This document shows positions 37,111-50,850 of a stretch of DNA of 64,000 bases, in pieces (within the stretch, counting starts at the first letter, position 1; each line of letters begins with the position of its first letter). Source of the stretch: Entomortierella parvispora E1425 (lineage: Eukaryota > Fungi > Mortierellomycota). Location of the stretch: NCBI GenBank assembly GCA_020891255.1, contig BQFW01000003.1, forward strand, positions 186,001-250,000, in the 5' to 3' direction. The position numbers were made by a program, and so were the translations under genes. The notes beneath the pieces were generated by a model that was not told where the DNA came from, did not search any database, and saw only the letters and a program-made list of their open reading frames with translations.

Positions 37111-40100
37111 AAAAAGATGGCCATATCATTCATATTTTGTAGCATAGCAATCATTAAAATCAAGCATTCTCTCAGAAGTGCCTGCCGATCTGGACTAGGA
37201 TAACATGAAAATTCCGGTTGTTGGATAAGGGATATTGAATGTTGGATGCTGACGACTGCTTTTCACTTCGATCATTATGGTGTTGCGTAAGACCTGGAAC
37301 CAACGGACTTTTGTTTCCAGCAGTAGATGTAATCACGTTCGCTCGGAGGATACACGACCGAACAGTGCATCACACTTCATGGATCCACCCTATTTGAGCA
37401 CGGATGAAAAGGATAAAAATGCAAATAGATGGAAACAGTGGGTGGTGATCCGGTAGGCCATCATTCCAATCAAGGTCAGTCAGGTTTTCTTTTTATTTTT
37501 ATTTTTTTTCGACCCACTCGGATAACGATCCATCTCCGAATCTCCATTTGTATTTGATCGTCCCATCCAGGACTTCTTATTTTCTCCGGTCCCTTTGCTG
37601 CAGCAGCGATCGATTTGTCTGGACTGATCAGTCGTCCAGAATTCTCCAAATGATCCATAGGTATCACGAGCAATTGCGCAGGGGTGTATCGCCCCTTCCG
37701 AGATGCGGTTCCTCTTGTCGCTTTTCTTTTTCTTCCTTTTTTGCAGGGATAATATTTCATTCGAAATTGCCTTACATTTCGTATCGATCTTTATGTTTCT
37801 TTGTTGTTTGGCAGTGATGAGGCGGTGTGAAGGCAGAGCGATCAAGGACCTATTTGACTATAGAAGGCAAATACTCCCGACCCCCGTTTGTTTACTGACT
37901 TTTCTGTTGTTGATCCTTTGAGATTGTTCCACCTATTCCGCAAAGTGATTTTTGTACCGACTGGAGCTATTAAAAGCCCAGTCGAGTGAAATAAGAACTG
38001 GTGGGTTGCACCGGAAATAAAAAAAAAGTGATTGGAGGCAAAAAAAAAAAAAAAAAGAGTAAAACAAGTGTTCATCTGTGCATGGGGAAAAAAGCAAACG
38101 CACAGAGCAAAAACAACAACGCAACAGCAAATGCACATGTAAACAAATACAAAAGAAGAACAAAGAGACAGGGTGCAAACAAACGAGCAGGACGGACGTA
38201 CGGTCCGATGGACAGGCGAGACAGAACCACCAGAGACCTTTTCATTTAGGTGATCGTCCGATTCGCCCTTGTCCGTCCAAGAAGCGACTAATTTCGTCTG
38301 CACCTCCTTGTCTCGAAGTTGGCAATTGCATGCGGATCTGGAAAATGGTCCTTGTCACAGCCGACTATCTTTTTTTTAATATTTTTTTTGTTCGCCCTTG
38401 GACATAAGAGGCAACGATGCTCTTCTTCTCTCCCCACAGCTGTTCTTTGACCTTTGGATCAAATTGTCCGAGCAGGAGAATGTGCTACCTGCGACCAAAA
38501 CATGTCAACAGACGTCTCTTGGGAGCGCACCGATCTGCCTTCAATTTACAGAGGGCAGAAAAACCTTAATGAATTACGGTTTGCACTGCCACTTGGCTCT
38601 GTCCCTTTCATTTCAGGCCCATTATGTATTCTATCTATCCTTCACACCATCCCTGACCATTCTCGTCCTCTTGTTTTTTTTTTTTTTTTTTGATCGCCAC
38701 CATAGCGCTCTCCCCCTTTTGCCTTTGGAACAGGCGAAACGGAAAGAGAAACTCTATCAAAGTAAACCTGTAATTGCAGGTGGCGCTCAAATGCCCGGGA
38801 TTTTCTGGTTCAATGCACGCTAGAGGCACACTATTCACTCTTCCCGCAAAAAAAAAAGAAGAAAGAAAGCTTGGGTCCAGACCCACATATCCTATTTTGA
38901 TGATTGAAGGATCGTCTTGTTTTCAAGAAAGGCTCCTTATCCACTTTTTTGAACAGTTTGATAGACGCGAATCGGACATGAGGCATTTCCTGTACAGATG
39001 GCCCTCCCTCGCCCACCCTCTCTTGCTCTTGTTGTTGATACAAGTCCAAAACGCGTCTTTGGCCTTGACAAAATACAAGTGTGTGAAGAAGAGTCGACGG
39101 CTCCAGGGCTGTTGACGACTGCGGTGGGGACCGGATTTTGTCCCTTGCGGATAGATTGATCAGAAAAAGAAAAATGCTGTGGACTGCAGGAAAGAAAACT
39201 ACTGACCCAGGAAAAATGGTGACCCTGAGCACTGCCACTTCAGTGAAGCTTAAATTCCGCTACGACTTTGTCCTTTGCATGTCAAAAAGAACAAAAAGGG
39301 GGTCAACCCAAGAGAAGGACAAAAAAAAATCAGCGCACTGCGGAGCGTAGTCGTTGAACTACTGTCTGTTGTGGCCATGCAGGACAGAGAGGGGAAATCA
39401 AAAAATTTATTGTTGATGTTGATGTCGACCTGCAGTTCCAGAGAGAATTGGGCCGCTCGGATCGATTCCAAGTCAATCGACAAACATTGACCTTCCTCAA
39501 TTGACGCGTACATGGATTAGCTTACTATTTGCGGTCATGTTGTCCGTTCCAGTTCATTTGGCGATCTAACAGTATGGGCGTGATCTCTGTAGGGTTGTGC
39601 GAAGTCATGGGTTAGAAAGAGGGTAGATAATCCACTCAGCAGGAGAAAAAACAAATAATTGGGAAACCGTCCACCAAGAACATGACAACAAACGGATGAG
39701 TCGAATTGGACACACCTATCAGAACACGAATCAGTTCCCACAAACGATCAAGGAGAGAAAAAAAAAAAAAAAAAAAAAAAAACAGTAAGAGCTCAAACCT
39801 CCCCGCCCAGCCTCTCGAATTGGCAACAAATTTGAACAAGAAAATGAAGTTTAGAGTAACCGAAATTGAGTATGGTTGATGGTGCAATGGGCAGCATCGA
39901 GGGGGGTTTGACACGCTGAACCGACCTTGCCGCAATTGCTGTTACCGACGATCTGCATCCTGATGATATTGACCAAGAGTTTTGTCTGTTCATCCTCTGT
40001 TTAGTGCTTGAAGGCCATCCTATTGCTGTGTGGTGCACAGCTCACGTTTTGTTTCGCTGAGAGAACAACTCTTTTTACAAGCGTTCACGCCGCACTTTTA

Positions 40101-41704
40101 GATTTCCAGCATGGCTGTCGACTGCAGATCGTGCAGAAGCAAAACTATGCTTGGATCAGACGAGTGATTATTGCCAAAATGGAATGTAACTGAACGACTC
40201 TACAGGAGAGACCTCATCGCTTTCCTACAGCCCTTGCTGCGATAATGACATCGAGTCCAGTAACATCAGCATCTACATAAAAGGCAGCCGATAGCTTCGG
40301 AGTAGGGAATCCAGAAGAGGAAAATGACTCGATCCAAGCGCCAAGTGAGGCCGAGCGTCAACAAGACCTGATTCTTGGCAACTCGATCGCTGGGCTTTTC
40401 GATCTCTCGATCCATTTTTTCTATCGAACTGACCAAGTTGCAAAGTCGACAGTAGCATTGGAAGGCAACCCGGGACAACGGTAGCATCCTGCAAGCAGTG
40501 TTCAGTGGCAAAAAGTGACAGCGGGTAACGTATTTGTAATGCGCCGATGGTATTTGTCAGATAGCAAAGGGCACTCTTGTGGCTCTCGTCCTGCCCCTTG
40601 GTTCATGAAAACGCTGCATGTACACAGTGTTATCGAGGACAGACAAGTGGCAATGCATCCTCTAGAATTATTGACGTGCGGTGACAATTCTTCTTCCGAG
40701 GCCTTTTGGAGTTGACTCTTGTTGTTCACAGCTTTATTTGAACCGCAGCAAAATCGCAGCACTTCCGGTGATACCGTTGTATATAAATCCGTGTCCGACG
40801 CTGATCTCGGGCGTCAACTCCTTTCCCAAAACTGTCGTCCGATCCCTGGTCGATTTGCCTATCACCAACCCATTGTCCTCTCACCTTTTTACTTTCTACA
40901 ATTGCTCCGCCGACCATGCTTCACATTTAAACACTGTTGACCGACATCAGATTACTTTTGCACATCAGCTCCGTTATAGTCTCATTTTTTTTTCCCTTTC
41001 TCTCAGTTCCTCCAGAGGACCCCCCCTCTCCCTCTTTAGCCAATCTTCATCAACAAGCCACTCTGTAAAAGCATCAGTTGCGTTTTTTTTAGGCGCACAT
41101 CCAGGTTTGTTGTAAGTCTCATCACAATAGAGTCGACTCTTTCGTTCATCAGTGCAGTAGCACTGCTCTGTCATCTTTTTACCGGCGCACCCGTACAGGA
41201 CGTAAACATCTCCAATGGACGCGTCTCTCTGGACCTAATCATAGAAGAGGAGGTTGAGGACGAAGGAGAGGGAGGGGCAAGGAGGGCTATTTTTATACTA
41301 TGTGGCACCCCATTCAGCGCTCTCCCGTGTTATTTGCGTGCGAGGTATGGTGTACTGTAGTGTGGCGAGGTGAGTGATGACTTGGCGCCCACTTGTGCTG
41401 AAATTGAGTCTGGTGCTCTCTCCACTGCCCCCCTCCATCATTTATGTAATGCGACGCAAGGGATGAGCGAAGCGAGCTCTGAGCAGGGACAAGAAGAAGG
41501 AACGAAGGAAGGAAGCGAGGGAGGGAAGGAATGAGCGGGTTCATTTTACAGAGAGTACACAGTGTGATTCAATCACTCTAAATTCAATTGGGTTGTTCTT
41601 TACTTGTGTTGGGCAAAGACAGGGCTCCTCGTGTCCTCGATGCCTCCCTTTGCTCATTTCGTTCGTTCGTCCTGGCGTTAGTCAGGGTTCCGTCTCCCTT
41701 CTTG

Positions 41705-41763
41705 TTCACACACGCACACACACACACGCACACGCACACGCACACACACACACACACGCACAC
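41705..41763. repeat. Compound (CA)n/(CACG)n microsatellite
   Basis: Directly visible. Confidence 0.85.
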
Positions 41764-42881
41764 AACCAAAAAAAAACACCTCCACTTTCTCTCAGGACGG
41801 TTGTTTGTTCGCGAGTCAGCAAGAGTCAATGATTGAAGCAAGAATAGAACTGCTAGAGATGGCGAAACGAACGATACAAGACCTTGGTCCCTTGTCCATG
41901 ACCTTGTCTTCGTCAGGATTGCTCTCACGCACATCTTTGTCGTCTCTTGACGGCTCTCTGTTCCCCTTCACCCCGCTGCACCCTGCCGAACCTTCCACGC
42001 GCTTTCTTTTTCTGTTTCTTGTTCTTGGGTCGTGTTCCTGCACTGGTCGTTCTTGGCTTCCCTCGACATCCGCCCATTGTCCGTCCGTTTGCACCGCACT
42101 CGGGGAGCTCTTTCCTCTTTTTCTTTTCTCTCTTCTTTTCTTCTCTCTCTTTCTCTTTTCTTTTTTTTTTTTTTTTTTTTTTTTTTGCTCCCTTTCCCTT
42201 TCCTCTTTCTTCAACTCTGCCCTCCTGTCTCTTTGTGTCCCTCCAGACTGACCATCCACCTTCCTTCCTTCCTTCTTTGACATCCCCACCTACCCTATTT
42301 CATTATTGTCTCCACCCACACTTGGCTCATTCCACACCTCTGCTCTACACATTCAGATTCACCTTCCTTCCATTCATTGCTCATTCCCTGTCCCCGTCTT
42401 CCATCTCGTTCATTCCTCTGCTCTAGTCTCCATTTCTCTCTGATTCCGCACCTCGGGTCATTCTGTTGGAAATGAGACTGATCTCTTCAACAATCTAGCA
42501 CTTTCGGTTCTTGGTAACTTTTTGCTCCCTGCCTCTTTTCTTTCGCAGAGCCTCTCTTCCCCACCTTTGGCTATTCAGCATCTACGCACTGATCGCCGAC
42601 TTGATAGCCAACCCCACACTCGTTTTGGACCCATCAAACCCATCAAACCCATATTCCTGCTCGCTCATGGTTCAACAACAGCTCTTTTGTAGCCGTTTAT
42701 TTCGGTTTGCTCCACTGCAGAGGTGCCACAATCTGACCTAGAAGTGTTTTGTTACACACCCTCATCAATCCCTGTAGGAATTCATACACCTGCTTCTTTG
42801 CAAACATCCATCCTTTTAACGAACGACCTATCCTCTCGTTTGGATCACAGCCTTTTCCCGTTTCTTCGGCATTAATCGGAC

Positions 42882-45800
42882 ATGGCTATCCCTCCTTATT
42901 CTCACTATCAGCTTCAGGATATCAGTCTCACTACCTCGGGCAACTACCAGGACTCAACCATGAAAGCTTCTCCATCCGATCGAACAATGTTCAGTGGCAA
43001 CATTGGACCAAAGAAACAGAAAACAACCCCTCCTTGCGATCGATGCCGCCAAAGAAGGGTAAGGCTCTCCTAATTGCAAACAAAACAACCTCTGCGCGCT
43101 TTTATTTTTCGGGGACTGTTTGAGCGCAGTCATTCTTCTGGACGAAGTAGCTGCGCTTACATATAACTATCTTAGTCGGGGGGCGAAGCATTCTGATTCT
43201 GGCTCTGATTGGCGGGATCCAAGGGTGATCTGGCGAGGGTCCACGGTCGCACAACAGACCAAGCAATATTTTTTTTTTTTAATTTGGGACTATGGCGGGT
43301 GTCCCCGCGTGGCTGGGCTGGGGATACACAAAGTCTCTATGTAGTTTACAGTTCCAATCTGGTGTCCCCACATGCCCCCACAAAGGCACATGCAACCAAC
43401 ACACACGGACGCACGAACTCCACCCTCTCGGTCGCATGCACGCACATACACACACACACACGCAGCCACCCCCTTTGTCATTTATCCTTGGATCCGAACC
43501 CTCGGGGCAACACGCGTCGGCCTCGCGTTTGCAGTCACGTGTAGAATCTCAATCTACTCCCCTTAATGAGCGCAGACTGACCCCTCCGCCTCCCTTTCAA
43601 CTCTTTTCTCAATAGATCAAGTGCGACCGACTCCAGCCCGTCTGCTCATCCTGCGTCAAGTACAAGGCCACCTGCGTCCGCACAGCCTTCCCTGCCGGTG
43701 CCCCTCTCTCGACCGTTTCAGTTGAGGCTATCGGGACACCAGGTTTGCCGGCCCCGACTTCTGCCAAGCGGGACAGATTCCACACCGAAACGGAGATTCT
43801 GGACTCGTGCCTCCGCGATGTCCAATCTTTGCAGATCAATCGACTGCGCAAGATTGAGTTGTTTTTCGATCGCCTAGGCATTGACGAGACTCGACTGGAT
43901 GAGATTAGCTGGTTCACCGAGCAACTCAAGTCGCAGCGCGAGAGCATCGATGCTTCGAATGGCATTAGCTATGACAACGAGGAGGTTTGTTGAATAGGCT
44001 GACGGTGGACATGAGTCTTCAAGTACAACCAGCAAAGAGTCCTAATTATCATACCTGTTTTTCATAGATTGCGGAAAAGCTGGGTCCAAGAACATCGGTC
44101 TCCTGGATCAAACAAGTGTTGCCGCTCCTCCACGCCACCAAACGTGTCCAGCAAATCCCCACTACTCACCAAACGCTTGCCAAGGTAAATACGCAAAGTT
44201 TCCAACAGAGGGTCTGCTAGCCATCTCGTCACTCACCCGTGCACCACTGTCATCTTGAAGCCTTTGCCTCCACAGAACTCAGGACCCGCAACGGCACTTC
44301 AGGCAACCAAGACCGAAGCCGGTCACTTTCACTGCCCCTCTCCAAAGCCCGTGCAGTTCCCTGGACGTGTCCCCTTGTCGGTGTTGAACAAGACCATGTT
44401 TGAGCTTTCGGTGTACGATCGAACGGAATACCTTGGTCCAGTTGCGGGTACCCGCGCGTCATCCTGGAGCGAAGAAATGAGATTCCCTCTGCCTTGGCTC
44501 GTTCCAGAGCCTAAAGTCCCAGAGTCACTCTTGGTTCTCCCTTCTATGGAAGTTATCCTAGACCTTATCAACTGGATGATCAAGAGCCCTCTATATGTTT
44601 ACTTTCCAATTTTTACAAGAGCTTGCATCTTGAACGCACTCTCGACCGCCCTTCCTGGCCCCAATGCACCCTCTCTCGGAATCGACAAAGGCCACGGAGA
44701 GAATGCGAACTTGGAGGCGGACAATAGCAGCGACCTGCCTCAAAGAATCACAGGACGTGTCAGCGCAGTCTTTCTGTTGAATGCCATCATGGCATTGGGA
44801 GCTGCCTATCGATCGAATGCCATCAAGGAGAACAAACCCCAGAACATGCTACCGGATCCTAAATCGCGAGAGCTGACGTGTGATTTTCAGCTATTCTTTG
44901 ACAGGAGTCGCGGTAAGCCTACAACCGATTGATGGTGCCATCGTTTGAGAACATGCGATACTAATCAGTCGACCCTCACTTGTATTCTAGCCTTGACGGT
45001 TTACATTCTTGACCAACCCCGCGTGTCCAGTCTTCAGGGCTTGCTCATGCTTATGAAGTGCCCCGCAATCCCCGGAATCCAAAACCTATATCGCGAACAA
45101 GCTTGTGCTATGGCTCTTGCTCTTGGTCTGCATCGCGACTGCGAGCCATGGACGTTGTGTCGCTCTGTGATTCAATTGCGTCGCAATATCTTTTGGTGTT
45201 GCTATGTGATCGATGCCTCCTACAGTCTCAACTCTGGCTCACCTGAGCGATTCCCAGACGACTACATCACCCTTGGCCTACCAAAGCTACCATCGCTGGA
45301 AGACGGAGACGATGTTGGAGAACTGGAAGCTGAGGAGGAAACACACAGGATTGGGTTTTTGATTGAGCAGGCAAAGCTTTGGAAAATTGTGAAGAAGATC
45401 CGTCGCTGCGGCCAGACATCCAACCAATCCAACGAAGAGTCATCCCAAGGAGCAAATTTGTACCATTTCCCAGGGTCGTCCTCTGGACAGAGAGGGTCAG
45501 ACTCGGGTCTTGCTACATCCTCCTCTTCGCCATCCTCGGGATCACCGCATTTTGGGCCCGGTGGTCAAGGAGGCTCATCTCCCGCTCCTCCTCCTTGGGT
45601 TTGGAGGGCAGATTCTGCCCGAAGAATTCTGGACGTAGAATTGGCACAGTGGCAAATGGAACTTCCACCGCGTCTAAGGTTTGATTTTGCTCTTACCCGG
45701 AAGGAACAGCCCTGCCCGTTCGATGTTCGCGTCAATGGCCTTGGAGGTAATTGATTGTGGTTCTTTACTTTTATTTATTTGAAACAGAAGAGATCGCGCG

Positions 45801-48671
45801 ATGGCAACCAACTCTAACCCCACCCCATACTCAATGCGCCTGTTAGCCATGCTTCAGCTCATCTTCAACGAAGTTTTGATTCTTCTGCATCACCCGTTTT
45901 TGCTGCTTGCTGACAGTCAATATCAGTCAAAACGTGAGCTCAACTCCTACTCAGCGCCGAGTCGTCACTCTAGGGCTCGATCTAGCACTGGATCCGTGAA
46001 AAGCCCTCGCTCTCGAAGGTCAAGCTCGTTTTCAAAGGCGACAAATTTCTTTTCTGGCAACGGCGGTGGCATGAGCAGTTCACCTTCCGCTCATCCTTTC
46101 GACAATGCAAGAGGACTCCCCCAGCCTCTTCCGCCCTTCTTCAACAGCTGCACCAAAGCGGCAGAAGCTATTACCTACTTGATTGACCATTTGCTCAAGA
46201 CGACACCGGAATGGCTTATGTGTCATAACGAAGCCGAGTCTGCTCTGCATATTGCTGAGAGGATCCACGTTCTGAATGTGTCTGTCGTGTCGAGCAAGGG
46301 CTCGAGCGATAGCTCTGCACTCTCAAGTATCAGTCTTCAGCAGGCGAAATCCCAGCTTCGAAAGACGCGCTCGTTCAGGCAGAAGATAGCCAGTCTGGAT
46401 CAGTTTACAATGTCCTCTGGATGGCGACCAGATCTGGAAAACACGGAGTCACTGTTACGAGGAAGTGCTCGTGAACGACTTGTGCGAACTTTGCGTCAGA
46501 TGGTTGTTCATAAGCGCGGCCCAAACTATTATCGACTGCCAAGAAGTCCCAATGGAGCTGAACCCTTGCCGGATGAGCCTCAATTAGAGACACAGTTAGA
46601 CTCTTTAGCTGGACAAGACCATTTGGAGATGAAGCTGGCGTTTTTGGACGACAGGATATGGATTCGATTCTACAACGTTCGAATCAAAGATGGGTACGAA
46701 TCCAAAAATGGTGCCGAGGGTTGGGTGGAAATCCTTCAGCCCTATACCCCAGCCGAGTCAGAATGGAGTCTCGACGAAGATGATGAGGAAGCCCTCGCTG
46801 ATAACGCCCAAGGCACACTGCCCTTTGGACATCCTACAGTCGAGGAGCTGGCAGCGGCTCTTGCTGAGGTGGACGATGGTTCATCCAGTGATGCCGGAAG
46901 ACAAGACTTTAGGAGGCGAGCAGGATCCAGCACTGACGCCGCCTCCATGGATGGCATAGACGATCAGATGGACCCGCCTCAATCATCCTCGACTGCTTTC
47001 ATGGAGCTCTTTGGCTACTCGAACCCCACTGGTATTCCCAACATGCCAGAAACGGGCTCGTACCAACCACGCCACCCCATCTACTCTCAGAGGGGAGAAT
47101 ATGGAGTTTCAGAGCCTGGATATGACGATCCCGTATATTTCGCTGGTCCTTACGCCCCGCCGGATGTACCCCTCGATCAATTTGACCATGTGGAGCCCCC
47201 AATGAGCCTGGATGGACCGGAAAGACACCCTGGAGACATGTTTGCGCCTGATTATACAAATGGAGCCTACCATCGTCAGGGACCACAAGTGCAGCCTCAG
47301 CCTCCAAACTACGGTTATCAGTCGTCGCAGCAGCAGCAGATACCACATCATCAACAGCAACACTTCAACAACCAATATCAGCACACGCGCCATGCCCACC
47401 CTCACCAGTCATTGGGATACCCTTCTCCCATGCCTCAAGATCAGACGCGGGTCTTTCAGCAGTATGACCTAGGAGCCCCAGTTTCGACCTCAACTACGGT
47501 GGTATTTGATCACGCTGCTGTGACTTCGCCACCATACTCTACGCCCGATTCGCCGAATCAGCCCTCGACCTCCGAGGCCGCTCTGGGATTAGGACTTTTG
47601 ACAGGAAACGGAGGATCTGCGGCGATGCAAGACTCGATGGGCTATGTCAATGGTCCATATTTGAGTCTACTTCACCGACAGTTCCCGAACCAAAACATCC
47701 CGACGCCACCAGAAGGCAGCAGCTCTGGCCCGATGCATTCACTACCGCAGCAGCAGACTTTTGATCCTGACCTGGATGTTGATCAACAGAATACTCGACC
47801 ATTTTACGGAATGCCCATGGGCGGGTTTATGGCGCCATCGCTTGCTGCACTTCCTGAAATCAGACCGAACGCACAAGCTCGACAGATCGCAGCTGCTACA
47901 TCGGCGAACAGCGCCCCAGCCAGCTATTTAGGGCCAATATCATCATCCTCGGCAATGGCTACAGCAACAAATGCCTCTGGATTATCCATCAATGTTGCGT
48001 CAAAGGAAGAAGGTCGGTCACCGTTGCTCCAGGCGGGATCAGCTTCGTCGGTTGGCCTCGACCTCTCGACCCCGACTTCGCCTCTGGTTCAATCCACGAT
48101 GCAGCTGCTTCTTTCGCCCACGACAGAGGCGCTTCAAGGGATCTCGAACCGGATGAACTCTTGGGATGGTCTACCTGGATCTGGAATGAATTCACCTGTG
48201 CAGGCCACTCGCCAGCATCCTCTGTTTCAACAGCAGCAACAACTCCAACAACCACATCTTCACCAGCAGCAGTATCACCAGGAAGGTTCAGCTTTGGATT
48301 ACTCTAATACTGGATCGGTGAATGCTCAGTTTGCAGAATTGATGGATGGAGTCGAATCAGGTTCAGAACAACAGGATCGCCGCGCTCAACTGAGCCATCA
48401 GCAACAGCAGCCACGTCCGCATCCTCTAATTGCTTCTGCTGTTCCAGAAAAGTCGCCTTCGCCTTTTGAAGGCTCTTTGGTAACTGGTGGTGGTGGTGGT
48501 GGTGGTGTGAGCGGCAATGCCTCTAGGGCCTCTGGAGAGAACAACATTTCTTCGTCAGCAGCAGCGGCCTTGCAGGACAAGGCTCGAGCGGACGAAGAAT
48601 TGGTGGCGCTTGCGTTGCAAGGGCGGTCCTTGATTTCTCTTCGAGTTTCAGGGGTGAATGGGCGCCGCTGA
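42882..48671 (+). CDS. Zn(II)2Cys6 transcription factor with fungal TF middle-homology domain and Q/P/S-rich tail, about 1631 aa
   Basis: join(42882..43058,43616..43984,44068..44184,44261..44912,44991..45746,45847..48671). Exon 4 acceptor could be 44276. CDRCRQRRIKCDRLQPVCSSCVKYKATC is split by a 557-nt intron. Motif ALALGLHRD...LRRNIFWCCYVID. Probable 5'UTR intron 42514..42777. Confidence 0.92.
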
Positions 48672-49047
48672 AACCATGGAACATCAGGTTCAAATATACA
48701 CGTTACAAGATGGACCGAAGGCAAGCAGGATCGAAAGACCAGTGCCTGGTAAATCTTTGGATCATCCTTCTTTTTTTTGCCCGTCTTTTTTTTTTAGTTG
48801 TCTTCTTCACACAATACCCCGCGGTGCTTTTTTCCCTACATCTGTTTACTCTATCCCAGTACCAAGCGCTGGTCAGTTAGTAAGGTCCACTGGGACCAAC
48901 ATCTCCACTCTTTTCAATAAACACGTCAAACTAAAGTGAAGGGGATTGCAGCGAAACTGGACATGGCAACAGGAAAACAAATGAAAAAAACGTAATTGCT
49001 ACAGGAGGCTGTCTTTATTCTATTTCTATTTGTTCAGTCATGTCCGA

Positions 49048-50468
49048 TCAGGCATGTCTGCCTGCGCCATAAGTCGGTTGATAAGCGATCTTGGCGTTGA
49101 GTTCCCGAGCAAAGTGTTCTGGCAAGTTGGGATGTTTCAAGAATCCTCTGCCGACTCTGACCATGTCTGCTTTCCCCTCCTGCAAGATGTCTTCTGCTAA
49201 CTGACCCGAGTTGATGATTCCAACGGTTGAGACCAAGAGACCTGGGACGCGTTTCTTGATCTCTGCTGCAAACTGAACCTGGTAGCCCGGGAAGAGGGGG
49301 ATCTTTTGATCAGGGTCATTGCCCCCTGTGGAGCAATCCAACAGATCCACACCGGCGTCCCGGATCATCTCTGCGAGTTCAATGGATTGTTCAAGGTCCC
49401 AGGAAGGCTCGCCCTTGTACTCGATCCAGTCTGTACACGAGATACGCAAGGAGATGGGTCGATCGGCTGGGAAATTGGCGCGGACGACTTGAATGATCTC
49501 CATCAAGAGTCTAGCCCGGTTCTTGAGGGATGGACCGCCATACTCATCCGTGCGGAGATTTGAGACAAAAGAAAGAAAGTTGTGGATGAGGTAACCATGG
49601 GCTCCATGGATCTCGACCATGTCAATCCCTGCTTTGGCGGCGCGCGCGGCCGCGGCTCCAAAGGACGCAATGGTGGATTGGATCTGTTCCACCGTCATCT
49701 CGCGAGGGTTGTAGTGGTGCGGGTCATTGTATTTCACAGCAGAAGGTCCCACGACTTCGTCAAGCCAGAGTTCTTCGGGTGGGTCCTTGGTATATCGGGA
49801 AGGCGCAGAAGACTTTTTTTTTTTTTTTTTTTTTGAAAGGGCAAATGTGAGTGCATGGAATTTTTTTTTTTTCAATGGATGACAAGAAGAGAGACAAAAA
49901 GGGAAGGGGTATGAGTCGCGAAAATCTTTGTGTCGCAGGGAGAAATGAAGACGAAAAGGAGGAAGGGCACGCATTACCTTTCGCCCAGCGTGTGCAAGTT
50001 GTAAACCGATCCGTCCTCCAAGCAAGTGCACCAAGTCGGCCACCTTTTTAATATTGGGAATATGATCGTCCGACCAGATACCATTGTCCATGAGGGAGGA
50101 TCGGTCCCTGGCCTCGACAGCAGTGGCCTCCACAAAGCACATGGCTGCGCCATGTAACGCAAACGATCCATGATGGGCTAAATGAAAGTCGCTCATGAAC
50201 CCATCCTTGGACTGTACATGACCATGGGTGAAACCAACAATCGGTTGGGCAGCTCCAAAGATCCAATCTTGATCGGGGTGAACAGCAATGGTTGCTTGTA
50301 TTCGGTAATGGTACCATCCTTGTTCACAGTGGGTTTAGTGGGGTCAGTGGGTCCCAGGTAAGAGCCTGGCACTTCAGGAAGAGGGATGTAGTAATGGCTC
50401 TGAGGGTAATCCGCAGGACCCGCCACGGATGGATAGGATTTCCTGGCTTCTTCGTAGGCGTCCACCAT
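49048..50468 (-). CDS. NADH:flavin oxidoreductase / Old Yellow Enzyme (YqjM-like), about 418 aa after repairing a 1-nt frameshift near 50210. May be a pseudogene or an assembly error.
   Basis: Exon 1 50468..49978 (with frameshift), intron 49813..49977, exon 2 49048..49812. Motifs LPNRLLVSPM, VEATAV, QLAHAGRK, IHGAHGYLIHNFLS, RTDEYGG, PGYQV. Confidence 0.85.
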
Positions 50469-50553
50469 TTTTTTTTTTTTTTTTTGTTTGAGTGTTTGTG
50501 GTTGTGTGTGTTTTTTTTAAAAAATCTTCTTCTTCTTCGATTTTCCTCTCGGT

Positions 50554-50562
50554 CTTTTTATA
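50554..50562 (-). promoter_or_regulatory. TATA box (TATAAAAAG) of the OYE gene
   Basis: About 90 nt upstream of the ATG at 50468. Confidence 0.5.
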
Positions 50563-50850
50563 GTGGATCGGGCAGCCTTGCGCGAGGCACATCGTCCAAG
50601 GTTCGAGAGACGCGACAACCAGTCTTTCCCCTGAGACTGTGTTTAGGTTTTCCTCCCTTGGTTGCCTCGCTCGAATTTGATTTGTAAGATCATGTGTTTT
50701 CGCCCCTGACCAAGCCTCCCATTCCCATCATGTTGACAAATACAATTGAGTATTGCACAGAGAGGAAGGTCTTCATACATTGTTCAAGTCGCAGTGGGGG
50801 TTCAATGTCTTATTCAGATAGATGGTCTATATTCAATTTTTTTGGCCGTC

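Noticed and set aside
37275-37390. Minus-strand peptide VDP*SVMHCSVVYPPSERDYIYCWKQK with an in-frame TGA (possible selenoprotein exon)
   Set aside because: No recognisable selenoprotein family, no linkable upstream exon and no SECIS identified. It is a short stretch expected by chance.
38890-39140. Cys-containing minus-strand reading (…ICTGNASCPIRVY…) reminiscent of a transposase zinc finger
   Set aside because: Too short, with no transposase catalytic motifs, terminal repeats or target-site duplication. No mobile element can be supported in this window.
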